A stretch of DNA of 63,809 nucleotides, counting the filler, from Moniliella sp. 'wahieum' (Eukaryota), in assembly GCA_003971905.1 (NCBI GenBank). It is 3 parts of 3 records of this genome, joined end to end, with 100 filler letters (N's around TTAATTAATTAA, not from the genome) between each part and the next. Parts side by side here need not be neighbours in the genome. Positions count along the whole stretch, not along the records: positions 25,056 to 52,216 come from RSEE01000182.1; positions 52,317 to 63,809 come from RSEE01000216.1; 1 more part is not named here. One strand, given 5' to 3'. Position 1 is the first letter of the stretch. Each line of letters begins with the position of its first letter. Below, in pieces: positions 49,272 to 61,373 of the stretch. A model generated the notes under the pieces. It had not been told where the DNA came from and ran no database searches. It saw nothing but the letters and a program-made list of their open reading frames with translations. A program made the translations under genes and the position numbers.

Positions 49272-50848
49272 ATGCCCGACTTTGCCGACCTGCCGCGCGA
49301 CGAGGAGGTGGTGATCATTGGCGCCGGCCTGGCCGGGATCGACATGGCGCGGCAAGTGCAGCGCCTTACGTCCAAGTGCTTTGTTGTGCTCGAAGCGCGG
49401 GACGAGATTGGCGGACCTGGTCCCAGCACACGTACCCTGGCATCCGCAGCGACTCGGATATGTTTAGTTATGGCATGTCGTGGTTTCCCTGGGCCTCACC
49501 GCGGGCAATTGCGACTGGCGCTGAGATCCTGGACCATATCTCTTCGCTGCCCAGGCCGAGCAGTTGGCCGACAAGATTTACCTGCATGCGCAAGTGCGGC
49601 ATGCGGCGTGGGACTGGACCTTGGGCCGGTGGACGTTGACGGTAGCGAATGCGAATGCGGCTGAGGGCCAAGATGCGCCGACCAAGACGCTGCGCGTCAG
49701 TACATTTACTTCTCACGGGCTTTTTCGATTACAAGGAGCCCCATCGCCCGCCGATCCCGGGACTAACCAAGTTCCAAGGCCCTGTTGTTTCACCCGCAGT
49801 CGTGGCCGGAAAAGTTGGACTATCGTGGGAAGAAGTGGTACTGATCGGGTCAGTTCGACGGCAACCACGCTTTTGCCCACTTGGTCCCGGACGCAGCGCC
49901 GTCACGCTCCTCCAACGTACGCCCGGGTACTACGTTTCGCTCCCGCGTACCTCGCCCGAGGCCCGAGTCTGTACCGTCTGCTTCCGACGCGGTGGGCTTG
50001 GTGGTGCAACAAGTGGCTCAATACGGCATTGACTTATCTGTTTATTTTTGTCTCGCTTACTTTTCCTACATTACACGTAACCTGTCCGTCGCCAAGTGAA
50101 GAGTCAACTTCCCCCCCCATCCCGCTCGACCCGCACTTTGATCCGCCCTACAAGCCGTGGGAACAGCGCATGTGCATCACCCCCGACGGCGATTTCTTTG
50201 ACGCCCTCCGGTCGGGCAAAGCGTCCATCGTCACTGGCACAATCGACGATTGTACACCTACTTCCCTCGTGGTCAACGGGGAAGAAGTAGAGGCCGACCT
50301 GGTCATTACTGCCACAGGCTTCTCCATCTCCCTCCTCGGTGGAGCAGGGTGAGCATCGATGGCCACCCAGTCTCTGTCCCAGACTGTATGATGTACCAAG
50401 GCACCCTCGTTTCTGACCTGCCCAACGCAGGCGTCGCCGTGGGATACCCTTGGCCACCTGGACCATGGCACCAACTTAAGTGCACGGTACATGTGTCGGT
50501 TACTGTGCGCGGCCGAGCAGAAGAAATCAGATGGGTTTGTGGTCCGTGCACCGAAAATCGCGAGCAAAACCAAGTTCAGGAGGAGGGAGGAACATCAGTG
50601 GACCCTCAGGAGAGGAGGAGAGGAGGAGGAGGAGGATCAGGCGGGGTGGTACGACGCGTACCGCTCTTGCCTATCAAGTCGGGCTTTGTCTTGCGTGCTG
50701 TCCACCTGTTCCCTGCCGCTGGGTCGCGCGGACCGGGGTGCGCCCGCGGCACTTGATCTGGACGGACATGTGGTCCGCGCTCGGACGGCGCGTGGGCAAG
50801 GAAGTGGAGTTCTTCACTGTTCGCAGCACCAAACACAAGACGGCCTAA
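49272..50848 (+). CDS. EthA-type Baeyer-Villiger / flavin-containing monooxygenase; TATAAAA at 49197-49203
   Basis: VVIIGAGLAGI, GGTW..HTYPGIRSDSDMF, FQGP..HPQSWPEKLDY, VVLIGS, HFDPPYKPWEQRMCITPDGDFF, ADLVITATG, MMYQG..SDLPN. Confidence 0.92.
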
Positions 50849-52216
50849 TAATGGTCACGTCGATCTGATTCGATCTGACGATATTCTACTACGGTTCTCA
50901 TACTGTAGAGCGCGCTTTTTCTTTCTACTTTCTACCCTGCCCCGTCTCTTGTGGAATGCGCGCCACTACCTTGTTTATACGTTTGTACTACCTCGTACCT
51001 CATCAACACGTTCAACCCATCATCAGTACGGTCCAGGGTTAAATGGCCTACTTTCGCTCTTCCATACCGACCCCCTGTACTTTCCTCCTGGTTGGGTTTC
51101 TTTTCTGTTCGTTTCGTTTCGTTTCCTTTACGTTTTTGGTATCGGTGACCCCATTTTTGGGGGCGTATCGCTGCTCGCACTACACCGAGAGCACGCTTCT
51201 CAGAGCTTCTCGTACCTAGAACCTCGCTCGACACCGCGATGATTGTCGAGAGGAGCAACTAAAACGCTATACTTGTGCTGGTATACTCCGAGCCGATGCA
51301 CCCTCCGTTTTCTCGTCCGCTCTTCTGGTTTCTCTTCTGTTCGTGGGTATATGGTCCGCCTGGTTCTGTGAGAGCGGTTAGGGATGATCCCAGAGGGTCT
51401 CTCCTACCTCTCCCTGCAGTGTTTTTGGGTCATACCACCGTCATCGCTTTCGCTCGCCTCGGTTGATCTCCTCTTCCTACTTTGAACCATCCTTAGACTC
51501 CCCCCTCCACTCCACACCCACTTCACTCCTCTCCTCTCCTTTCCTTTTGATGCGTCCTGACGTAGCCCTCTCGCTGTCCGTACCTGTTTCTCCTTCCTGC
51601 GCGCTGCGTTTCTGTGTCAACCCCGCTGGGGTGTACGGTTATGGTCCGAGTTCATGTCCATGTCCATGTCCATGGCCCGAGAAGACTGCCAAACCACAGA
51701 TCCCACGTATAGTATCGCCCCTCAATCTCCCTCCGGCCGCTTATAGTATAGTAGTACAGCTTAGTACAGCTTACAGCTCCCCTCGCCGGCGTCTCACATG
51801 GGAAGAATTGACAATTGAATTGCATTCCCCTCTGATCTGAAGGGCATACATATACTCTACCTGTACTACTAGCATGCTAGGTACCGAACACACCCTTCGG
51901 TCTCACAGTTATCCAGGGGCTACCTATCCTCCCGCCTCCGTCCATCACTGTAAGAGGCTCCTGTAGATATGGACTTTCTTCTCTTCTTTATAGATACGGG
52001 TAGGCCCGTCGAGTGTGGTCGGCACACGTTTTGTGGCCTTGGCACACCACCTCCGGTACAGTACGAATGGCCTACTGCATACCAAACTGCATACCCCTCA
52101 ACGTATGCTGTGGTACTGCCTAGTACATCTTACCTCGCCAGATCGACCGGTGCTGGGATGCGGACCCTCGCGCCCTTTCCTTGCTCTTGGTTGAGTGATT
52201 CTACGCTCTCGTAGTT

Positions 52217-52316
52217 NNNNNNNNNNNNNNNNNNNNNNNNNNNNNNNNNNNNNNNNNNNNTTAATTAATTAANNNNNNNNNNNNNNNNNNNNNNNNNNNN
52301 NNNNNNNNNNNNNNNN
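52217..52316. other. Artificial contig spacer: N44-TTAATTAATTAA-N44
   Basis: Same construction as the first spacer, with the linker at 52261-52272. Confidence 0.97.
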
Positions 52317-52744
52317 AGCGGCGCTTGCTCCGCCTCGTTCCTTCCTGCAGACAGAGGGGAGGGATGAGACAGAGAGAAAGCGAGAGGCACAGCAGATGGG
52401 AACGTACGCGCTTTGGTTTCAATGCTCTGCAGCAGCTCGTCGTGCTGCGCCAAGCGCGCTGGACAACCGGCAGACAAAGTATGTAGGCCTCCAGCACGCG
52501 AATCCTCGGCCTCTTCGGGCTCGGCAACAAGCGCCTCGATCTCCGCTCGTGGAAGCTGGCCCAGGGTGGGAAAGTCGCGGGTCAAAGGCGTGTCCAGAGC
52601 GGGGGGCGGAGGAGGGCCGGCTGGCAGGCGGGACGGCGGGGGGGCAGCGAGGGGGCTGGCAGGCTGGGGGGGGCAGGCGGAAGAGCGGGTGCAAGTGCTG
52701 GTGGCCGCGGCGGCGGTGGAGGTGGCGACGGGGTCGGATGGCAT
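52317..52744 (-). CDS. VPS37: ESCRT-I subunit Vps37 (Mod(r)) homolog, N-terminal part; truncated by the gap
   Basis: TPLTRDFPTLGQLPRAEIEALV..LEAYILCLPVVQ..HDELLQSIETKA|GRNEA matches the recalled N-terminus of basidiomycete Vps37. The C-terminal domain is not visible. Confidence 0.6.
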
Positions 52745-53460
52745 GGCGGCGGGGTGGGGCAACACAACAGGCGGAGGCGGGCGGATCCAAGCGGGCCGAG
52801 GCGAGCTGGTGGCGTTGGAAAGGAAGTCCCAGGGAGCCAATGGAGCGCATCGCGCTAATCGCAACGACGCCGACTGCGATCACGTGCTGGCGAGGTGGCC
52901 ACACCTGGGTGCGATGGAACTGCAATGCATAATGGCTGCTGGCAGAATTGAACATTGCAAGTACGAGCGGCAGCCCCCGGTGGCGCAGGCAGGCAGGGGG
53001 GCTGTGTGGGGTGCGCCACCCTACCGCACTCCGTCGCGGGGTGGCGCTCGTGTGCGTGCGGCCCCCACTCGTCCTGCGCCGCCTGGCTCGAGGGGCTGTG
53101 TGGGGCGGAGGCTGGCGCCGTGCGGGCGCAGAGTGTGGCTGGGGAGGCTGGGCGGCAGGCGGGCACTGTTGGGCCGTGCCGCAGTCGCTAGTCAGCAGGG
53201 GTGCGCTGTTCCAAGTAGATCGGATGGAACACTCGCTACCCAAGACAGACGCTCTTCTCTTCTCTCGCCTGCTCTCCTCTGCCCCTCGCCTCTGCCCTTC
53301 GCCTCTCCCCCCTCCGCTCCTCTTCCGCGGCCTGGTTTGCCGCCGTCTGTGCCACCCTCTCCCTCTCCCTGCCATCTCCATCCCCGTCCCCATCCTCCTC
53401 ATCCCCTCGCGCTGGCGCGTTATCCCGTCTCTCTCTCCTCTCCCTCCCCCCCTCCCCCCC

Positions 53461-56400
53461 ATGCTGCGCCTCTTCTGCTGCGTCTTGCTGTCTCTCGCTG
53501 CCGCTCGTACCCGCGGCGGCCGCCGGCCCGGCTGCTGTGCACCAGGCCCTCTCCCTCCGCGCCCAGCTGCCCCGCTCGCCCACGTGGGCCAGCCCTACCA
53601 CTGGGCCCTGGACCCAGCCACCTTTGTCGCTACCGACGGCCGGCCCCTCGTCTTCTCCGTCGCTGGACTGCCTCCGTGGTGCTCGTTCGACAACCGCACC
53701 CTGACCTTCACTGGCACCCCGCCACCCCCCCCCGCATCCGCCCGCGTCACCCTCTCCGCCCTTGCCATCGGCAGTGCCGATGGTGTGCTACCCCACTCAG
53801 ATTCCTTCCAGCTCAAGACACTGCAGGCGCCGGCGCCCACAGTGCAGCACCCGCTGGACCAGCAGCTCCCTTCCCTTCCCTTCGCCCAAGCCTATCCGCA
53901 CCATTCCTCTCCGACGGGTCGCTGTGGCTGCCGCTTGGCTGGAGCTTCTCGCTCGGCTTCCAAGGCGATTCGTTTGTGTCGCCGACGACGCCACCTCGGT
54001 CTACTGGACGGCCCAGGCCGAGGACCATACAGCCCTACCTCCCTGGCTCCACTTTTCCTCCTCGACCTACACATTTTATGGCGTCGCACCCCTCGTCCCC
54101 ACCACGATCAACGTGACCGTACCGCTTCAAACGTGCCTGGGTACGGTGGCGCGTCAAGCAGCTTTACTCTGGTTGTGGCGGCCCATGTGTTCGGCGGCGG
54201 ACCGTTGGCCGCCGCCAATGCTACCGTTGGCGCACCGTTCAACTACACGTTGCCCCGTTCTGGATTGGAGCTGGATGGGTCTCCGTCTTCCCTTAACCAA
54301 TCTATGATCCAGTCCCTCACTGCCAACGCCAATACTTCGGGCCTTTCTTGGCTCGCCTTTGACCCAGCCACTTGGTCCTTCTCCGGCACCCCCCCGCCCA
54401 GCACCAATCTCAGCTCCCCGACCAGTTACACCATCCCGGTCGAACTTGCTTGGCCTCGCCTAATGCTACGGCCAGCTTGCAGCAAATCATCAACGTGTAC
54501 CCAGCGTTGCTCACCACTCCGAGCTTGCCTGACGTCCATGCTACCTCTGGCAGCGATTTCTCATATGACCTTTCTCCCTACTTGACCTCCTCTGCCTCTG
54601 CCGTTCCAACTGCGGCAATTCAAGTCGCGACGCAAGGAGGACCGACCTGGCTACACACCAACTCCACCGATGGGCTTCGCTTGGTGGGAACTGTCCCAGC
54701 GGATGGAGAAGGGAACAGTACAGTGACGGTCACTGTCTCTCGTCCCGTTGCCGGATTCAATTGGACCAGCACAGCGACAATGAGGCTCCTCGTGGCTCCC
54801 AGTTTCCTCCTCTCCTCCTCCTCTCTCTCTTCATCTTCCTCTCCGTCCTCTTCTTCGTCCACATCCTCTTCCCCACCCTTGGGTACTACGGGTCATCGCC
54901 GTGCGAACCACCTTGGTCTTGGGTTGGGACTGGGGCTCGGCTTGGGCCTGCCCTTGCTGCTCGCCCTGTTGGCACTACTACTTTGCTGCTGTCGCCGAAC
55001 ACGCAAGGCGGCGGCAGCGTCTCCCCCAGCCGACATGGTGGGTACTTCGGCAGTCCCCGCTTCGGCTAGCAATGTGGCGCTCACAAGCAGTGCTGCCGAC
55101 ATGGCCGGTGGCAAGGGGAGCCGGGGCCGACCTGCAAGGTGCAGCTGGTTCAACGACCCATCACGCTCCTGCCGCCAGCCTGGCGCCTTCTTTGCTGCTG
55201 CCCCATGGTCTCGACGCAAAGCGTCTCCTACCGCGTTCTCTTCTCCCGCTGAGAACCCATCTCGAGCGTCGGACGAATCGTTTGGTTCTCCGTTCCACCA
55301 TCTCTCCACTGGCTCGTTGCCTATTCGGTTCGGTCTTCCGTTTCCCCGACCAGTCTGGCAGGAACAGGCGTCAAGCCGTACCGCACCCACTCTACCACTT
55401 TGAGCAACTTCAGCGGCGCTGGCTCCCTGGGTGACCAGGCGACCGTCGCAGCCACCGCAGCCGCCTTCTCGCTGGCGCCGCACGGGATACCCCCACCCCG
55501 ACGGACTACTCCTACTACGTCCCGGCAGGAACCACGGTGGGCGCTCCCTTGGCAGGCGGGGTTGCGCGACCGCCAACTGACCCCCCTCGACTGCTGATCC
55601 GTGGGGCCACCGTCGCCATGGTCGTTCTTCTTCGCTTGCCTCGAGCCTTGCCTTTGGTTCTGACTCTTCGGGCCTGCGCACCCGCCGGCCTATGCCGGTT
55701 CCACGCGCGACTCGACCATCATCCCCGCCGCCGCATTCCGGGGACGGGGGAATCCGGCCCAAGGAACTGCGGAAGGTGCCGAAGGCTCGAGTGGTGCGCC
55801 CCGAAACCGTCGCCTAGCCCAGCCCTGATTCGTCCTTGTTTGCCGATGGGGCGATGTGGAAGAGGCCATGGCCGATCAGGTGCCAGTGAGGACAAGTGTG
55901 CTGAGCTATGTGAACCCGAGCGATGCTCGCCCCGATGCTCATCCCGCGGCAGAACTCTTTCTCCTCACTCGGTGTACAGCCAAGACATGCCCGTACCTAC
56001 TTCGGCTCCCTCTTCGAATGCTGGGTTATCCCAGGCCCGCTCAGCCAATCCTTTTGGTTCTGCGTTCGTCCCGTCGCCCGACCCAGCATTGACGTTGGGA
56101 CCCACCGTGGGGAACGACGGAGAGGTTGGGGCTCCCATCTCGGCCTTAGGGGACCGTCTGGGGGTCGGCCGACGGTGACCTCGGACGTTGCCGAAGCACG
56201 GGAGATGGACATTTCTCTGGCTCAGGCCGAATTGTTCTTGTCGGATATGCCGTCCAACATGTAGTAGGCTATGCTGGCTTGCCCTTCTCGGCTCCTCTCC
56301 AGCTAGTACCCCTTCGTCCTCCTGGGGGGCCAGCTCGCGCTCATATTACCCGGCTCGCTCCGCCCGTCGCACCCACGCCCTCGTCCTTGACGACCGGGAA

Positions 56401-56831
56401 GCACCGAACACCTTACTTACCCCCCCTGGCTTACCTGGCTCCACTGGGACGAGCGCTCTGGCCTGCTGACCGGCGTCATCCCCGCTTTGGACACAACGGC
56501 TCGGATCCCTCTTGCGCTGCTCTCGATCCCTGCGCCCGCGCTGTCCCCATCCCGTCCGTTGGTACCCTGTCGGCACTGCGCACGCCTCGCACAGGATCCA
56601 CCACAGGCTCGCCCTCTTCTACCTCGGCGGCCACCCCCGCGCACGCACCCGCCGATCCCGCCCCGCCGCTTCTGCCTTTACCTCCTTCTTCGTCCCCTGC
56701 CTCCTCTCCCGTTTCGTCCCCGGTCCTTGCCCGTCCCCGCTGGGCCAGGACCGGATATGGTCGCTCGCTTCAACGCTCGAGTTGCGGCCCGGGCCGGACC
56801 TAGCGTCGCAGCCGGCCTGGCTCTGGCGTAG
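53461..56831 (+). CDS. AXL2: Axl2/Bud10-like type I membrane protein with cadherin-like (CADG/He_PIG) repeats
   Basis: Signal peptide MLRLFCCVLLSLAAA; repeats LPPWCSFDNRTLTFTGTP, WSFSLGF, LPPWLHFSSSTYTFYGVAP and LSWLAFDPATWSFSGTPP; TM LGLGLGLGLPLLLALLALLLCCCRR; S/P-rich tail. Confidence 0.88.
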
Positions 56832-57748
56832 CTGTCCCCTAGCTAGTCCACACTGCCCTTTTCTTCCCGCTGTTATCGACGATCGCACTGTGTTTTTTTG
56901 GCACTCCTGGCTTTCGAGCCGTGGGGGTGCTGTCGCCACCTCGTCTTCCTTTGCTTATTACTTGCTTGCTTGCTTGTTGTTTTTTTTCCGTGAATGTGAA
57001 CATGCTTCACTACCGAGCCCCCCCTACTGCCGCCTCCTACTCTACCTCGCCCTGGCCATTGCTGCGGATGCCTCTCATGTTGCTCGAGTCTTGTGTCCGG
57101 TGTAGCGGTGCTATGCGTTGCTTGTCCGTGTCTTTCCTCATGTACACATCCTAGTACACATCCTAGGCGTCGTACTCCCGGCTTGGCGATCGTCTGCTTG
57201 GCGGGGTATAGACGGCGTGCGGGAGCAGGTAGAGAGAGGCAGGATGACAGCCGGACGGCCGACTGGCGGGTGCGCGCAAGCGCAGCCCACGCCCAGGCGG
57301 GGTTCTGGGCCAGGTCTGTGCTCAGCGCTCAATGGGCGTCCGCCTGCGTCCGCGCTGCGCTCAGCCCATCCTCGGCACCGAAACCCCCAGCACTCCCCAG
57401 GGGGCGCGTGACGCGCGTGACGGCCGAGGCGTGGGCCAGTGTGATCGTGACGTCACGCGTCATCCCCCCGCCGCCGGCCGCGGCACAGAGGAGGCACGGG
57501 GGCAGTGGGAGCCGCGTGGCGGCGGTAGCGCGTATTTACGAGGCGCCAATGTCGGCAGGAGGCATCGGGCAGTTTGTCTGTGCGTCGGCCCCCTTGCAGC
57601 TTGGAGCTTGAGTGCTAGTGACTTGAAGCTTGACGCTTGAAGCCGTATCGAGTGGAGGACTGCGCAGCACCTCGTCCCCTAACCTCCGATCCCCCCCTTC
57701 TGCCCCTCGGCCGCGCGGGTGCTGCGCATCGCCACCACCCCACACCCC

Positions 57749-60359
57749 ATGACCCTTTCCACCCCCTCCTCCGGCCGCACGGCCGCCGCTGTCTCCACCA
57801 GCAACACGGGCCGCAACGCCAAAGAGAGCCGCTGGGCCGGGTGGGCCAACACGGGGTTCGCCAAGAGCATCAAGGTGTCCGACTGGGCTGGCCAGCACGC
57901 GAACAACCTCGGCAGCAAGCTCGTCGGTGGCGAACGCTTTTGGCCCACGTCGGGCGACTATGTCCAAGAGATCGAGAAGGCGGTGCGCATCCTCCAGGGA
58001 TTTACCCGCAGGGCTTTGTCCAGCAGGAAGAGCAGGCCACCTCGGCCGACGACCAGGACCCGAACGCGAAAGAAGTAGAGGAGACCTGGTCGTCGGCCCC
58101 GACGGCAAGCCCCTGTCCAAGGAGGATGCCGAAAAACTGCCCCCTTCCGAGACGCGCACCCAAAAGATCAAGAAGAAGATCAAGAAGGTCAACATTGTTC
58201 GCAAGGTGTGTTCTTTTCCCTGCCCCAGTTCTGCGCGCTTGCTTGTCCTCCCTGCGCCTGCCCTCCCGCCCGTTCTAACCCTTTTTTGCACCTCAGATCC
58301 CTCCCGTCGTTTTGCAGCAAGCTTGTGGCATTGCCATCTACTCGGCTATGCGCACCGGTATTGCCCCCTGGGCGGATCGGGCGGATCGGGCTGGTGATGC
58401 AGCGGCTGCCCGACGGATCCTGGAGCGCCCTTCGTTCGTTCAGTCCGCCGCAAAATGTGGCGGTGGGGCTAATGCTGGGGTTTGACGTGTACGATGTGAT
58501 TCTGCTGATTATGCATCCGCAAGCGATGATTGGTTTCTTGTCGCACAAAGTCACACTCGGTGCCGAGACAGCGGTGGCGGCGGGACCGGTGGGCACAGCG
58601 CCTCGATGGACGTGAGTGTCAATGGCGGTGAATGGAACCCAAAGAAGATGCAGCCCATCTTTTCGTATGTGCGCTCGCGCGGCGCGTATGCCGGCGCTGA
58701 GGCGATGGCCCAAGCGCTGGTGACCCGGATTGATGAAAACGAACGGGTGTACCATTGGCCTTCGATCACGGGCCGGGATATCCTGACGGGCCGGGTACGC
58801 AAGCTGAGGGAGGCCCAGCCATTGTACGATGCCTTGGCCGCCGCCGAGACGGGCAAGCGCAAGCTGCCCAGTCGGACTTGGCCTTGCCTCCGGAGGTGGC
58901 TTTGGAACTCAGTGGCGGCCGGGCCGATCCGGCGTCCGGGCAGGGCCAGACCGGACAGACGCCATCAGGGAAACCTCTGGATCTGGATGAAGGCGAGTGC
59001 ATGCACCTCCCGCCCACCCCAGAGCAGCTTGCGTTGATGGAAAAGTCTGGGGTGAAGGACGAGGAGGACAAGCGGCTTTTGGCCGATTACAGGAGGTGGG
59101 TGGGGCTTGCCCGCCCCGCCTCGCCACCCTGAAGCCGTAAAACGCAAGGCGGGAGTCAATCGTACCAGCCTGGCAGCCGCTTCATGGCTCCGGCGCCTCC
59201 GCATTCGCATGGGTCTCGCAGATCATCCCACCGGCCCCCTCCTCGCACGCTCTGAGGCCTACCTCCTCCTCCTACCCTCGGAAAAGGGTGCGCTGCCCGA
59301 CTTGGACGCGGCCCTCCTCCTCCTCTGCCCGGCAGCCACCCCACGGGCCCCTTTGTTCCTCCTTCGGGACCGCCACCTCCTCTGCCCGGCAGTCATCCCA
59401 CTGGACCCTACGTGCCTCCATCGGACCCCCCGCACTTCTTAGCAACCACCCTTCTGGCCTTGTGGCCGACTCATCCCTCACCGCAAGCTCCTCCCCTACT
59501 ACTGCAGTGGTACCAGGCGAACAGAAGATCTTCCTGCCTACCCGGACCACGAAGCGACCCAGGTCCTGCCAGAGAAGACCGAGGTCGCCTCGCATGCGAC
59601 GACGGGGGAGCCTTCGGCGGCGGACGTGAGTCCAGTGATGTCTGGTCCTGCGCAGCATGCGACTCCGTCCCCAGCCCCGGAAGGAGGGGTGACAACCCCC
59701 TTGCCTTCCGCTTCGCCCGCCCTGCTCCAGCGACGGTGGATGCGACGCAGATGGCTGCACCGGCGCGCGGCGCGGCAGCTTGCACTTGGGCGGGGCGGAG
59801 GACGATGTGGACCTGGACGATGCGGAGGATTGGCAGACGCGGCAAGAAGTGCCGTTTTCGGCCGCTCCGACGCCGGCTCCCTTTGCTTCCCTCGGACCGA
59901 TGCAGCCCGTCGGAGGAGGAACAACAAGGACAAGGACAGGAACAGGAACATGAGCCGGCCCCAGCGTACGAATCTGTCGCCTCACCCCTCTCTCCCCTTG
60001 CAGAGGGGGAAAGAACGGGGCGGTCCCGAGCGCGCCTGCACCGGAGAGTACGGGGAGGAGTGGATTGCTACCCCCCCGTTGTTGCTGACAGGAATGCTAC
60101 TTCAACTCCTGCGCTGCTACTTCGCCTACCTCTGCCTCTGCCTCTCCTCTGCCTCTGCCCTCTACGCCTTCTCGCCCCTCCCCCCATTCGTCCGCAACGG
60201 TCCCTGTCGCGCACCACGCCGCTCGAGCGTCCCGCCGCCTCGTTCGGCCGCACGTCGTCCAGCTTGTCTTCGAAGCACGAGCACGAGCACGAGCAACCGT
60301 GAACGGTGAAGGTCCATGGCCGGATACCTGACTGGGCGCGGAATGCCAATGAAGAGTGA
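57749..60359 (+). CDS. SYLF/Ysc84 actin- and lipid-binding domain protein with long Pro-rich tail (no SH3 seen); intron at about 58206-58297
   Basis: GERFWPT..EIEKAVRIL, IPPVVLQQACGIAIY, GGSGGSG.VMQRLPDGSWSA, GFDVYDVILL, KVTLGAETAVAAGPVG, PIFSYVRSRGAYAG, RIDENERVY. Confidence 0.85.
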
Positions 60360-61373
60360 ACGGTTTTGGTGTTGGCTTTGTACCGTGCCCTGGTGGCGGG
60401 ACGGTTGGAGATGGGGGTGGGAAAGTCGATCGCGCTGACGTTGATGGCGATCAGTACTTGGTACTCGTGGACAGGACAATGCATTGACTGGGAAGAGAAG
60501 AGGGAGAGAGAGATCCGTCGCAGCTGCGCCAGCGCGGTAGATCGCGCGATCAGAGTTGTCGAGAGACATTGGGACTGGTATAGGTAACAGCGGTGCCGTA
60601 AATTTCGACGATTCTTGGCATAACTCGTAACCCCTTCCAAGGAAAAGGACCTTGAGGATGATGGTGGGGGACTGTGCCATGCGAAATCGAGACACGACAG
60701 TCGCTGTTCAATACTGGCATGGAGAATGGATGGACACGCATCCCAGGGGGGTTCTATCGTACTGTTGTGTCCCGGGTCTTCGCAGGTCAGGCCCCAGGGT
60801 TAACATTCATCGCCACAGTTCCAACTATATGCGCGCACCGTTCGTACCCTAATCGGGGAGATGTTGTGTTGCGCATCAGGGAACGGGGGTGACGCGTGAC
60901 CCGGTTGCGACTCGACTCCGACGCCATGCTGTCCCAAAGGAGCTACGTGAGTGGTATAGCTACGGACACACACACTCTATTCCTCCCACACAGGTTCAAA
61001 TGAAACACAGATACACTCCTAGACCGAGCCAATTCCAAATCCCTCTGCAGTCCGGCAGACTAGGGAGGGGGGGGGGGGGGTTGATCCACGCTTGATCGTT
61101 GTGGTTGAGGCCGTAGGACAAGAAAACCGAGCGAGAAGGCGAGTGAGAAGCAGACAGTGTTCGAAAAGGAGCAAAGCAACTAGGGCGGGCAGGTTCCACA
61201 GGTCGCAAACCGTGTATCGTAAGCGTGGTTTGTCCACCTGGGCGCACCGACCCCCCTCCCGCAAAGCGGAAGGGGGACGGGTCAAAGAGCAGGCCAAAAG
61301 AATCCAGGGAAAATGGCGAGAAAGACAAGGCGTATGAAAAGGATGAGCATGTCGAAGATCGTATGGGTGGGTC

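Noticed and set aside
51170..51420. Possible U3 or C/D snoRNA (GATGA motifs, small hairpin)
   Set aside because: No canonical box set (RTGATGA plus CTGA) or recognisable rRNA-complementary guide was found.
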